Below, in pieces: positions 1 to 8,720 of a DNA stretch of 38,967 bases (positions are counted from its first letter, which is position 1; each line of letters begins with the position of its first letter). The position numbers and the translations under genes are program-made. The DNA comes from an uncultured Myxococcales bacterium (lineage in GTDB: Bacteria > Myxococcota_A > Bradymonadia > UBA4248): the NCBI GenBank assembly GCA_946415045.1, contig CAMKRB010000001.1:1-38967 (forward strand), read 5' to 3'. The notes under the pieces are model-generated. The model had not been told where the DNA came from. It did no database searches and worked only from the letters and a program-made list of their open reading frames with translations.

Positions 1-27
1 TATCTCACACGTATCGGGGTAACGCTA

Positions 28-50
28 TATCCACACTGGTTAAACATAGC
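28..50. repeat. 23-nt motif TATCCACACTGG(T/C)TAAACATAGC, copy 1 of 2 (the other is at 18571-18593)
   Basis: The two copies match at 22 of 23 positions. Both lie downstream of the stop codon of a minus-strand gene (korB here, glgP for the other copy). Confidence 0.6.
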
Positions 51-76
51 CAAAATATTATCGAAACTATGATGAT

Positions 77-1021
77 TTATACGATCGCGAATTTATCGAG
101 TTCGGCTTCGATTGCGGCGATTTTTTCTTCTTCGGATGTAATCAGGCCGCGTTGTGTGAATTCGTCGTAGCGGATGGCGCTTTCGTTGAGATAGATGAGG
201 CCGAGTGAAATTGGGGAATTTTCGCGGGCGATTCGCATGGCTTGCTCGAATTGTGTGGGATCGTGGGCGAGCGCTGGGTATGTGTCGGTGAGGGAACCAG
301 GATCGACGCCGCGAGCGTCGGTGAGGAGGCGGAGTTTTTGCGGGTCGTTCATGAAGTCGTCGAGATGACCTTTCATGAAGTGTGGGCAGCGCTGGCGGAT
401 GCGGATGAACGAGAGGCCGGGGTGTGCGTGTGCGCGCAGCAGCGTGTGATAGAGGTGTTCTGGGAGCCAGTCGACGCATTGTGCGATGAATGAGGCGTTT
501 GTCATCGAGATGGCGGTGGCGAGCGGATTGAGCGGATCGAGCGGCGCGCCGTTTGGATGTGTGTTTGTGCGAGTGTGCGCGGGGGTCGTGGGGGAGGTTT
601 GCTTTTTGGTGAGACCGTAGATGTTGTTGTCCATGAGGAGGACGGTCATTTTCATGTTGTAGCGCAGGGCGTGGAGCCAGTGTCCGGCGCCGATGGCGCA
701 GCAGTCGCCGTCACCGGTGACGACGAAGATGCTCAAATCGGGACGGCGAGCGCGAATGCCGCTGGCGACTGGAAGCGCGCGGCCGTGCAGACTGTGGAAT
801 CCGTAGGTGCCCATGTGGTGCGGCAGCCGCGAGGAACAGCCGATGCCGCTGACGACGACTGTTTTCTCGGGCGGCAGATTCAGCTCTTTACACAGTTTTT
901 GTAAGCATTTGAGCACCGTGTGGTTGCCGCACGACGGGCACCAGCGGGCGGCTGCGCCAAGGTAATCGTCCAGCTCGAATTCCCGCATGTGCGGCTCAAG
1001 CGTCCAGTCTGTCATATTCAT
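77..1021 (-). CDS. korB: 2-oxoacid (likely 2-oxoglutarate):ferredoxin oxidoreductase, beta/TPP-binding subunit
   Basis: 314-aa ORF with an ATG at 1021 preceded by AAGGA. Motifs CPSCGN, GIGCSSRLPHH and VVTGDGDCCAIG (GDG TPP/Mg site) are typical of OFOR beta subunits. It is adjacent to the alpha subunit gene. Confidence 0.9.
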   Translation of the reverse strand: MNMTDWTLEPHMREFELDDYLGAAARWCPSCGNHTVLKCLQKLCKELNLPPEKTVVVSGIGCSSRLPHHMGTYGFHSLHGRALPVASGIRARRPDLSIFVVTGDGDCCAIGAGHWLHALRYNMKMTVLLMDNNIYGLTKKQTSPTTPAHTRTNTHPNGAPLDPLNPLATAISMTNASFIAQCVDWLPEHLYHTLLRAHAHPGLSFIRIRQRCPHFMKGHLDDFMNDPQKLRLLTDARGVDPGSLTDTYPALAHDPTQFEQAMRIARENSPISLGLIYLNESAIRYDEFTQRGLITSEEEKIAAIEAELDKFAIV

Positions 1022-1038
1022 TTTATTTTCCTTTATCT

Positions 1039-1082
1039 CTGGGGCTCTGCCCCAGACCCCGCCAAAGGGCTAAGCCCTTTGG
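1039..1082. other. Two adjacent GC-rich hairpins with 3-nt loops inside the korA-korB spacer
   Basis: CTGGGGC-tct-GCCCCAG (1039-1055) has a 7-bp stem. CCAAAGGGC-taa-GCCCTTTGG (1062-1082) has a 9-bp stem. Both were read directly from the sequence. On the minus-strand transcript they sit just upstream of the korB RBS. Confidence 0.6.
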
Positions 1083-1350
1083 AATCCGCAATATTGTTTA
1101 TATTCTGCCATAGTCATAAATTCTGCCATGGCCTGCATTGGCTGAAATGGGGCCCCATCCCCATTTCTCCTGAACTTTACTGTTTGGACGGGTTTGCATA
1201 GGAAAGGCAATATTTAATCCAAGTATCAATGTGGTAATCTGAGGTTATTTCTGATCCCCCGGGATTACGCTATCGCTTAACCCCGGGCTGTACACTCTCC
1301 CTTTCAGGCTTCAGATCGAGCAAATATATAGATTATTGTTATTTAGGTGT

Positions 1351-3219
1351 TCAAAGCCTTGTTTTATCGACATGATCGAGAATGGCTTTTTCGATATCTT
1401 TTGGCGTGAGCGGGATGCCGGGTACGTGTGACCAGCAGTCGATATCGCAGAGGGTATGTGCGCGAAGGATGGTGCAGAGCTGTGAGTATCTGCGCGCGTC
1501 GCCGAAAGAAGCGGGATCGGAATAGTTCATTTCGATACAGAGGATGTGCTTGAATTTGCTGAAGATTTCCTTGAGCCCGGGTTCGAGTGGCGACAGGAAT
1601 TTGAGCGTGATGCTGGAGACATTGAGACCTGTGGCGCGCAGGGTATCGACGGCTTCTTCGATTGCGCCGCGAGGGGATCCCCAGCCGACGACGAGCAGTT
1701 CACCGCCATTGGGATCGCCGTGAATCACCGGTGGTTTGAGCGCATGCTGGAGAGTGGCGATTTTCTTGCTGCGGGCGGCCAGAGCCATTTCGTTGATGCG
1801 CGATTCGTAAGCCACATGGCCGAATTTGTCGTGTGCGAGTCCGGTGACGATGTAATTGCCGTTTTTCTGGCCGGGGACGGGACGCTGTGAGAGTCCAGTG
1901 GTTTCGTCCCAGTCGAATGGGGGCACATTTTCGTCCCAGTCGGACAAATCGATGGGGGGCGCGAACCAGGCTGGGTTGGGCTTTGGGCGTGGAATGGGCT
2001 GCTGGCCAGTTGCAAGATTCGCGTCCGATAGCACAATGACTGGCGTTCTAAAGGTTTCGGCCAGTTTTCGCGCTGTGATGATGTAGTGGAAGCATTCTTC
2101 GTGTGTCGAAGGTGCCATCACGATTTTTGGGGCATCGCCGGGTTGTGCATACAGCGCCGACAGCAAATCGCCTTGTTCCACGCGGGTTGGGAGACCGGTA
2201 GACGGACCGCCGCGTTGCACGACGACGACGACCAGCGGCAATTCGGCCATCACAGCAAGCGCCATGAATTCGTTTTTGAGCGCAAATCCTGGTCCGGATG
2301 TGATTGTAACCGGCGTTTTGCCCGCGAAACTGGCTCCAATCGCAAATCCAATGGCCGATATTTCGTCTTCGGCCTGGTGTACGACGCAGCCCATTCGCGG
2401 GAATGCATCGGCCAGATAATGCGAAATCGAGGTCGCAGGCGTGATGGGATACATCGAACAGACTTCGATACCGGCAGCCATAATGCCCAGCGCAATGGCG
2501 ATGTTTCCGTTGACGACGATTTGAGGTTCGGGTGCGCGATGCGCCGGTATTGAGTAGCGCAAATCCAGATTTTGTGCGGCCCAGTCGTATCCGGCATGCA
2601 AGAGTCTGAGATTGCTGTCGACCAATGCCTGTGATTTTTTGGCGAATTTTCGGGTGATTTCGAATTCAGCGAGTTTGAGATCGCGATCGTAGATGGCACA
2701 GACCATGCCGAGCGACCAGATGTTCTTGCCATGCCGTGGATCTGCAACAATTTTTTTTGTTTCGGCTTCGATGGGGACAAAGCGGATATCGGCACCGCGA
2801 TTGCGGAAATCTGCGACAGCATCGGCAAAGTCCTTGCGAATGGCGGGGTCGTCGACGGTTTCCCATTTGTTGTCGAGCAAAATGACGGTGCCATTGCGCA
2901 TGGCTCCGACATCGAACCGCGAATAGAGCACCTGTTCGTTAAATGCGACGACGAGATCTGCCTGATCACCGGCATTGGTGACGTTGCCGCTGCCGATGCG
3001 CACGCGGTTTCCCGAGGCGCCGGCTCGTGAACGGCGCGGCGGTTCGACTTCGGCCGGAATGATTTCGACGGTCCAGATGCCGTTGCCCATCTTGGCGCTT
3101 ACTGTCCCCAGGCATTGTCCTGCGGTTTGAGCGCCTTCGCCGGCATCCGAAACAAATTCAACGATGTGCTGAGATACAGTTTGCCGGGGCTTAGCCCCAT
3201 AGGCGGTTTGTTCTGCCAT
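1351..3219 (-). CDS. korA: 2-oxoacid (likely 2-oxoglutarate):ferredoxin oxidoreductase, alpha subunit (fused gamma-alpha type)
   Basis: 622-aa ORF with an ATG at 3219. It has an N-terminal gamma-like domain followed by the MYPITPATS motif characteristic of OFOR alpha subunits. It is paired with korB. Confidence 0.9.
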   Translation of the reverse strand: MAEQTAYGAKPRQTVSQHIVEFVSDAGEGAQTAGQCLGTVSAKMGNGIWTVEIIPAEVEPPRRSRAGASGNRVRIGSGNVTNAGDQADLVVAFNEQVLYSRFDVGAMRNGTVILLDNKWETVDDPAIRKDFADAVADFRNRGADIRFVPIEAETKKIVADPRHGKNIWSLGMVCAIYDRDLKLAEFEITRKFAKKSQALVDSNLRLLHAGYDWAAQNLDLRYSIPAHRAPEPQIVVNGNIAIALGIMAAGIEVCSMYPITPATSISHYLADAFPRMGCVVHQAEDEISAIGFAIGASFAGKTPVTITSGPGFALKNEFMALAVMAELPLVVVVVQRGGPSTGLPTRVEQGDLLSALYAQPGDAPKIVMAPSTHEECFHYIITARKLAETFRTPVIVLSDANLATGQQPIPRPKPNPAWFAPPIDLSDWDENVPPFDWDETTGLSQRPVPGQKNGNYIVTGLAHDKFGHVAYESRINEMALAARSKKIATLQHALKPPVIHGDPNGGELLVVGWGSPRGAIEEAVDTLRATGLNVSSITLKFLSPLEPGLKEIFSKFKHILCIEMNYSDPASFGDARRYSQLCTILRAHTLCDIDCWSHVPGIPLTPKDIEKAILDHVDKTRL

Positions 3220-3247
3220 TATGTCGCCTTTATGTCGCTCGAAATTC

Positions 3248-3275
3248 GATGTATCGATGAAAAATATGATACATC
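3248..3275. promoter_or_regulatory. Inverted repeat GATGTATC-N12-GATACATC upstream of korA (possible operator)
   Basis: Perfect 8-bp arms lie 29-56 nt upstream of the korA ATG. No regulator could be assigned. Confidence 0.3.
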
Positions 3276-3565
3276 TGCAACATCCTTTTAGCGCGATGCG
3301 TTCAAGGCGTCAAAGGAATAGCGTAAAAAGTGATGCTTTGTTATTGGCTCTGTTTAACGAACGTGGATAGGAAAAGGCACAGTCGCTTGCTTTATGGCCG
3401 AGGGCAGCGAGCGACGATCCGCGAGTGCGCATTGCCCCAACCCGATGCCCGGTGTTCAACGCTCTTGGCCTGTTTTGTATATGTATTTGGTATGAAAGCC
3501 ATGTCTATACAGATTAAACATCGCTTTGTGATTTGAGTGTAAAGCTGCCCCAGATGCAGGAGAAC

Positions 3566-5458
3566 TCAGAGTTTTAGCGAGCTTGATTTCTTATTGTTGG
3601 ACAATGCCTGCATGATGTAAGCGGATGCCGTGGCCATTTCGGCTTCGTTTGTGAGTTTGAGGAGTTTTCTTAGTGCATTGTCGGTCAGGAACCGATATTT
3701 AAGCAGCTCGATGAGTCTGGTTTCTGCGCGATTTTGAATGAGTGTTTCTGCCAGTTTTGCAGCGACGCGTCTGAGGTAATCCGCGCAGAAACATTTATCC
3801 CCCTGGCGATGATAGAGGTCCAATGCAAAGAGCTGCTTTTCTTCGGTATTCGTGATGCCTTCGAAGCATTCCTCATATTCGTCGAAATCGAATTCCGGCT
3901 GATTCCAGGCCATATCGATATGCATTCGTGACTCGGTGTTCAAGTTTTGCGGAATATCGATATATTCAATACTTCCGTTGATTCTGTTCATGGTGATATC
4001 GGAACCGAGCCAGAGCATATTGTTGTATATTGTGTTCATTTTATTGCTGGGAGGAATGGCTTCGATGGCGCATATCAATCCGCGGGCAGTCCCTTCGGTG
4101 GCGGTCACATGTTTTGTACCAGCGATGGCTCCGCGTCCGATCTGTATAACAGATGGGGGAAGTGTGCAGTGTTTCAGCATGGAATTCAAACCGTAGTTCA
4201 AATCCATGGTATAGCTGGCGAATGCATATTCACCGATATATTCGACGAAATCCGGAATGTTGATTTCTGAGAGATCGCATCCAAAGAAAGCGTAGCTGCC
4301 GATATGCCGCAGTTTGGGCGGAAACTGAATGTTATTGCCAAGTGCTTTGCAATTTTCGAAGACGCCTTCTTTAACGAAATCCGAGGTGCCTGGAATATCG
4401 GTGATGTTATTGGAAAAGCGGATAGTTTTGAGCTTTTTGCAATTATAGAATGATGCCTGTCCGAGTTTTCGTACAGAATCAGGCATGATGATTTCTTCGA
4501 GGCACGTACAGTTTTGGAATGCCGAGGTATGTATGGATTCGACGCCATCCGGGATGTGATAGAATTTGTCTGGTTTTCCGGCAGGGTAGAACAGGAGCTT
4601 TTTCATATCGGCCGAAAACAGGACGCCATTGACTGTGCAGTATTTGTTGCTTGAAGAACGCAGTTCAAAATATTCGAGTGCTTCGCAGGATCGAATCGTG
4701 GTGAGGTTGATCTTGTTCGGGGTTTTTAGAAGGATGTATCTGTGCAGTTGTTTGCTGAGTGAACTGATGCAGGACAGCGGGAGAGGACGCGGTGTAATGA
4801 TTTCTCTGAGATTCAGGCTTGTCATGGAAAAAGCGCTGCTATCGAATGCTTTGACATTATCAGGAATAGTGAGAGAGGGCTCGGGGGTATAGCTTCGATA
4901 CAGTGTGTTGCCAGCCAGCAGAAGCGGCACTTTCTGATTCATCCACATAGAGTCCTGAAACGCATACTTTTCTAAGGTTACATCCGGGTTTTCGAATATG
5001 ATTTCGAGGCAGAGGGAATTTTGGAATGCATAGTCACCGATCTTTTGAATTTCTTTTGGAATGGTGCACGATCGCATCATGCCTGCATTAAAAACATATT
5101 CAAGTGTGCCTTTTCGAATCAGCATCGAACCCATTGCCTGATAATATTTATTTTGGGGATCTACCAGAATTTCGCTGAGGTTTGGAAAAACGCAGTTGTT
5201 TGTCTGAATTCTTTGAACAAAGGCAGGAATATGCAAACGTTTCACGTTATAATGGAATTTATTCGGGTTGTTGTAGAAGTTTTCCGGAACCAGCTTTACC
5301 TCTGGTGTTATCAGAGAACCGGCATAATCCGGCGGAATCCACAGATCGTCAGCAACCGAGCGAAAACCAGTGATCGTATAGGTGGTATGATTCCTATTCC
5401 ATCCCCATTCATTGATACAAAAGATGGATCCCTTGTATTCGTATAAAATATCAGCCAT
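3566..5458 (-). CDS. Cytoplasmic leucine-rich-repeat protein (BspA-type LRR_5 repeats) with a C-terminal helical domain
   Basis: The ORF was trimmed to the ATG at 5458 (MADILYEY...). That start overlaps the upstream stop as ATGGCTGA, which suggests translational coupling. It carries repeated x-I-P-x-x-V-x-x-I-G-x-x-A-F-x-x-C units, e.g. IPDGVESIHTSAFQNCTCLEEI, MPDSVRKLGQASFYNCKKLKTI and IPDFVEYIGEYAFAS. There is no N-terminal hydrophobic signal. Confidence 0.8.
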   Translation of the reverse strand: MADILYEYKGSIFCINEWGWNRNHTTYTITGFRSVADDLWIPPDYAGSLITPEVKLVPENFYNNPNKFHYNVKRLHIPAFVQRIQTNNCVFPNLSEILVDPQNKYYQAMGSMLIRKGTLEYVFNAGMMRSCTIPKEIQKIGDYAFQNSLCLEIIFENPDVTLEKYAFQDSMWMNQKVPLLLAGNTLYRSYTPEPSLTIPDNVKAFDSSAFSMTSLNLREIITPRPLPLSCISSLSKQLHRYILLKTPNKINLTTIRSCEALEYFELRSSSNKYCTVNGVLFSADMKKLLFYPAGKPDKFYHIPDGVESIHTSAFQNCTCLEEIIMPDSVRKLGQASFYNCKKLKTIRFSNNITDIPGTSDFVKEGVFENCKALGNNIQFPPKLRHIGSYAFFGCDLSEINIPDFVEYIGEYAFASYTMDLNYGLNSMLKHCTLPPSVIQIGRGAIAGTKHVTATEGTARGLICAIEAIPPSNKMNTIYNNMLWLGSDITMNRINGSIEYIDIPQNLNTESRMHIDMAWNQPEFDFDEYEECFEGITNTEEKQLFALDLYHRQGDKCFCADYLRRVAAKLAETLIQNRAETRLIELLKYRFLTDNALRKLLKLTNEAEMATASAYIMQALSNNKKSSSLKL

Positions 5459-6947
5459 TGATGAGTGCCTCGATTTCCTGTTTGAGACTATGCTCCTGAT
5501 CGTAGACGAGCAATTCCTTATTGTACTGGTAGTAATCGTCGGAACCCCAGCGGGAGATGAATCCTGTTGCATAGAGATTCATGGTGAGTTCTGTGACGAA
5601 GAGTACCATTTCCTGTCCATTGTTCCAGCATTCCCGGATGAACCTGAATGTATTGGCCAGACAGGATGCAGCTGCATCGATTTGTGATTCGTGAGCTTTG
5701 GTGCGTTTTGCAAAATCGGTCTGAATGGATTTGAACTTGTTTTTGTTAATCTTACTGATGGATTCGGTGTATTCGGACAGCAACAGAATACACCCTGTGT
5801 CAATGCTTTTTTGTTCGCGGTCCAGATTGCCGGCTTCTTCGCGCTGATGAATGGCACAGGATATTTCCTCGATATTACCGGAGATCATCGAAAGCAGTGT
5901 ATCGTCGCTTGCATTTTTTTTGATTTTGCGCAGGATCTTTACTGTTTTCTGGAGGATTTCTTCGTCGAGAATACAATCCCGAAATCGCTCGCATAACAAA
6001 TCCCGGAACAGGGAAATCACCGAAATCCGTTCATCAAAGGATGCATCTTTTGCCTTTTGAACGGCATCTGCCTGTGGTTTACCGGCAAGGATATCCTCAA
6101 TGGCGTAGTTGTTGCGGTATTTCTGGAAAAGAGAATAGAAAGCGGCAAAGCGTCGTGCGACATCAGGGACAGTGATGTATTGCATGATGAGTGCAGAGGT
6201 GACTTCAAAGTTATGATTCTCATATCCTCGCAAAGCTGCAGACAGGTCTTCCCAACCTCGCGCGGTGATATATTGTTTTCCTTCTATCGTTGTTGAAATC
6301 TGGTAGAAGCAGGTTTCATTGAGATCGAGAAATGCAAGGATAGCAGGGTGCAGGGAGGCGGAAGATGCATATTGTTTCCAGACATGATAATTCTCTTCAA
6401 CAGTCATATACTTGAGTCGATCGAGCGTCACCACATCAAATTCCTTAACAGATTTATTGTATTGCGGTGGATTGCCGGCGGTGACGATGACCCAGCCCTG
6501 CGGCACCTGTTCATTTCCAAATCTTTTGTATTGCAGGAACAGGAGCATCGAAGGCGCGAGTGTTTCAGATACACAGTTGATTTCGTCGAGAAACAGAATG
6601 CCCTCGGATCTTCCAGATTTTTCCATCACTTCATATATCGATGCAATGATTTCACTCATGGTATATTCAGAGACAGTACATTTTCGACCGGCATATTCCT
6701 TTTCGGTCAGATAGGGGAGTCCGATGGCACTTTGGCGAGTGTGGTGTGTCATGGAATAGCTCACGAGCGCGATATCCATTTCGGCGGCGATTTGTTCCAT
6801 GATGGCGGTTTTGCCGATACCGGGGGCGCCGATCAGGAAAATGGGGCGCTGGCGTACAATCGGAATGATGTATTCGCCGGATTTGTCCTTTTCGAGATAC
6901 AGCTCGATCGTATGCTTGATTTCAGTTTTGGCTTCTCTGATGTTCAT
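5451..6947 (-). CDS. MoxR-like (AAA_5-type) AAA+ ATPase with a roughly 300-aa C-terminal helical extension
   Basis: 498 aa. Walker A is GAPGIGKT and Walker B is ILFLDEIN. The ATG at 6947 lies 3 nt after the stop of the VWA gene. Confidence 0.85.
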   Translation of the reverse strand: MNIREAKTEIKHTIELYLEKDKSGEYIIPIVRQRPIFLIGAPGIGKTAIMEQIAAEMDIALVSYSMTHHTRQSAIGLPYLTEKEYAGRKCTVSEYTMSEIIASIYEVMEKSGRSEGILFLDEINCVSETLAPSMLLFLQYKRFGNEQVPQGWVIVTAGNPPQYNKSVKEFDVVTLDRLKYMTVEENYHVWKQYASSASLHPAILAFLDLNETCFYQISTTIEGKQYITARGWEDLSAALRGYENHNFEVTSALIMQYITVPDVARRFAAFYSLFQKYRNNYAIEDILAGKPQADAVQKAKDASFDERISVISLFRDLLCERFRDCILDEEILQKTVKILRKIKKNASDDTLLSMISGNIEEISCAIHQREEAGNLDREQKSIDTGCILLLSEYTESISKINKNKFKSIQTDFAKRTKAHESQIDAAASCLANTFRFIRECWNNGQEMVLFVTELTMNLYATGFISRWGSDDYYQYNKELLVYDQEHSLKQEIEALING

Positions 6948-6950
6948 GGT

Positions 6951-8510
6951 TTATTCTTCTCTCCAGTAGGCTTTGAGAGCCCATGCAGGAACACGACATT
7001 CTTCGTATTTGTCGAGAAATACAAATGCGGTTTTGTAGTCTGTTGGATGATTCGGATAAGTTCCCCAGCCGTCTGTGAAGTAAATCAGACCGCAGAGATT
7101 CGAAAAAGCGCCTTCGGTTCTGAGTTTGTCGACATATCGGAAAACAGGGCGAAAATCTGTGCCGCCCTGACCTTTCACTTTGAAATCCTTTGCATATGCT
7201 TCGATGTCCTGGAGTGTACGGATGGCAATATCTTCCTGTATCGCAGCATCACACTGGATGATGTGTATATTGACCGCAGATGTAAACATTTCGGTCGATT
7301 TGAGAATACTATAGGTCTTGTTAAGAAATTTCTGCACGAGCTCGCCGCTGGTCGATCCGGAAGTATCAATGGCAATCACAAACTCACGTATTTGCATGAC
7401 TTCACGGTATTCGAGCGGTTCGATGAGCAATTTCCTGCGTCCCGGCAAACCGAGGCCATACGTATAATAGATGACGTCGAATTCGTCCGGATCGATCATC
7501 ATTCTTTCTTCCATGACGGCAAACTGCCGCAGAAAGTCTGAATAGTCCATATCATCGCGGGTGAGCCACGCGATATTTTTTTCGAGCAGTCCGCGTTCGC
7601 TGCCTTGACATGAAAAGGATTCCATATCGACCATAATTCTGCGGGCGGCATCTTTCCATTCTTCTGCTTTTGGGGTGTTCAGGCTCATATGGGGCAATCG
7701 ATGTATCGTGGATTGCCCGGATGTGCCGTTTCCCATCAGATCATTGTTTTCCGAATCGGATGCGCGTTGCGGATTCTGCTCGCTATGATCTTTTTCATCC
7801 TCTGATTCAGATGATTCGGATGAATGATCGCTGCCAGTTTCCTTTGGGGCGCTGAGATTTGAAGCACTTCCGTACAAATGATCATCAGCCTGTTGTTCGG
7901 TTTCTTCACTGCATTCTGAGTCGTTTTCGTTGTCGTCTTCGTTGTTCCCGTGATGATTGGATGATGTATCCGGCATTGCTATCCAAAGATGATCGTCGAA
8001 TTTAAACAGATTGTGCAGCTGATCGATATCGGTATCTGCCGCATGAATTCTGAGGTACTTGAGGACTTCAGGCAGCGTGAGCAAATCAACGGATTGTTGT
8101 ATTTTCTTTACAAACAGAATCCGTTCATTATCCAATGGTGTCGCAAAATCGCCGAATTGTGCGGAGATCGCCGCTTCGATGGTGATATCGCAAGCCAGTT
8201 CAGCGAGTTTGGGTTCGGCCGTTTGTGGAACAAACGGATGCAGATAGATGCAGTGAAACAGTGAATGCAGGTATCGGCGTATTTCAAGCGTCGAATCGTT
8301 ATGGAACCGCCGGAGCCAGTCTTTTGGATCGTAATACAGGCTGCATCCATCCGTGCCGAAAACCCCGGGAATCTCGTCGCATTCATTTGGAACGAGGCGA
8401 TAGATGGCGGGTTCGAGATAGCGGTATTGCAGGAACAGCCGGTTTCGGATGTGCCGAAGCAGTTTCCCGGCAAGTGCGCTGATTTCGCTATGAGCAGAGC
8501 TGACGTTCAA
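6951..8510 (-). CDS. DUF2201-like protein: N-terminal metallopeptidase-like domain, acidic low-complexity linker, C-terminal VWA domain
   Basis: 519 aa. The MIDAS-type motif is AIDTSGSTS (DxSxS). The N-terminal region resembles the putative metallopeptidase domain that accompanies this VWA family, but reads HSLFH instead of HExxH. The Ser/Glu/Asp-rich linker is SSESSESEDEKD. The only in-frame start is TTG at 8510, so the start is uncertain. Confidence 0.75.
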   Translation of the reverse strand: MNVSSAHSEISALAGKLLRHIRNRLFLQYRYLEPAIYRLVPNECDEIPGVFGTDGCSLYYDPKDWLRRFHNDSTLEIRRYLHSLFHCIYLHPFVPQTAEPKLAELACDITIEAAISAQFGDFATPLDNERILFVKKIQQSVDLLTLPEVLKYLRIHAADTDIDQLHNLFKFDDHLWIAMPDTSSNHHGNNEDDNENDSECSEETEQQADDHLYGSASNLSAPKETGSDHSSESSESEDEKDHSEQNPQRASDSENNDLMGNGTSGQSTIHRLPHMSLNTPKAEEWKDAARRIMVDMESFSCQGSERGLLEKNIAWLTRDDMDYSDFLRQFAVMEERMMIDPDEFDVIYYTYGLGLPGRRKLLIEPLEYREVMQIREFVIAIDTSGSTSGELVQKFLNKTYSILKSTEMFTSAVNIHIIQCDAAIQEDIAIRTLQDIEAYAKDFKVKGQGGTDFRPVFRYVDKLRTEGAFSNLCGLIYFTDGWGTYPNHPTDYKTAFVFLDKYEECRVPAWALKAYWREE

Positions 8511-8625
8511 TAATTACTAACCTGTTGATTCGTGTGGCAGGGATCCCATTTATCCCCCTTTCATGCCCACAATCACTCGCTTTGTGATGGCTGTCAATCA
8601 TTATTGATGTCTGGTATGATGATTG

Positions 8626-8651
8626 GCCGCCCTCAGTTCGGGGCGGCTTTT
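8626..8651. terminator. GC-rich hairpin with a T-tract between glnA and the cassette
   Basis: The structure is GCCGCCC-tcagttcg-GGGCGGC followed by TTTT on the plus strand. It lies 70-95 nt downstream of the glnA stop on the other strand. Its orientation is ambiguous, and it may act bidirectionally to insulate the cassette from glnA. Confidence 0.45.
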
Positions 8652-8720
8652 GGCTGAGCTTTACAACGCTTGCATCCTTAATCTCGTTTTAACCAATCAT
8701 CATGCGTTAATTCGCGATTT

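Larger units (their letters stand above)
3521..8588 (-). mobile_element. Candidate horizontally acquired islet: a three-gene low-GC cassette bounded by the 12-nt direct repeat TCGCTTTGTGAT
   Basis: The direct repeat occurs at 3521-3532 and 8577-8588. Hand-counted 60-nt lines inside give about 40-45% GC (lines 4021 and 6001), against about 58% in flanking korA (line 2101). No integrase or transposase lies inside. Confidence 0.4.

Noticed and set aside
1100-1170. Mini-ORFs on the minus strand of the korA-korB spacer (16 aa MGMGPHFSQCRPWQNL and 13 aa MAEYKQYCGFQRA).
   Set aside because: They are too short to support. The RBS spacing for the first is only about 2 nt. There are no ferredoxin-like Cys motifs that would indicate a missing delta subunit.
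3330-3536. A 68-aa plus-strand ORF in the korA/cassette intergenic region.
   Set aside because: It has no RBS and an implausible composition, and it spans the GC-content transition. It is probably non-coding.
6348-7541. A 397-aa plus-strand ORF spanning the AAA/VWA junction.
   Set aside because: It is antisense to two genes with clear family motifs. Its composition is odd (Phe/His/Arg-rich, no recognisable motif) and it has no RBS context. It is most likely an antisense artefact.
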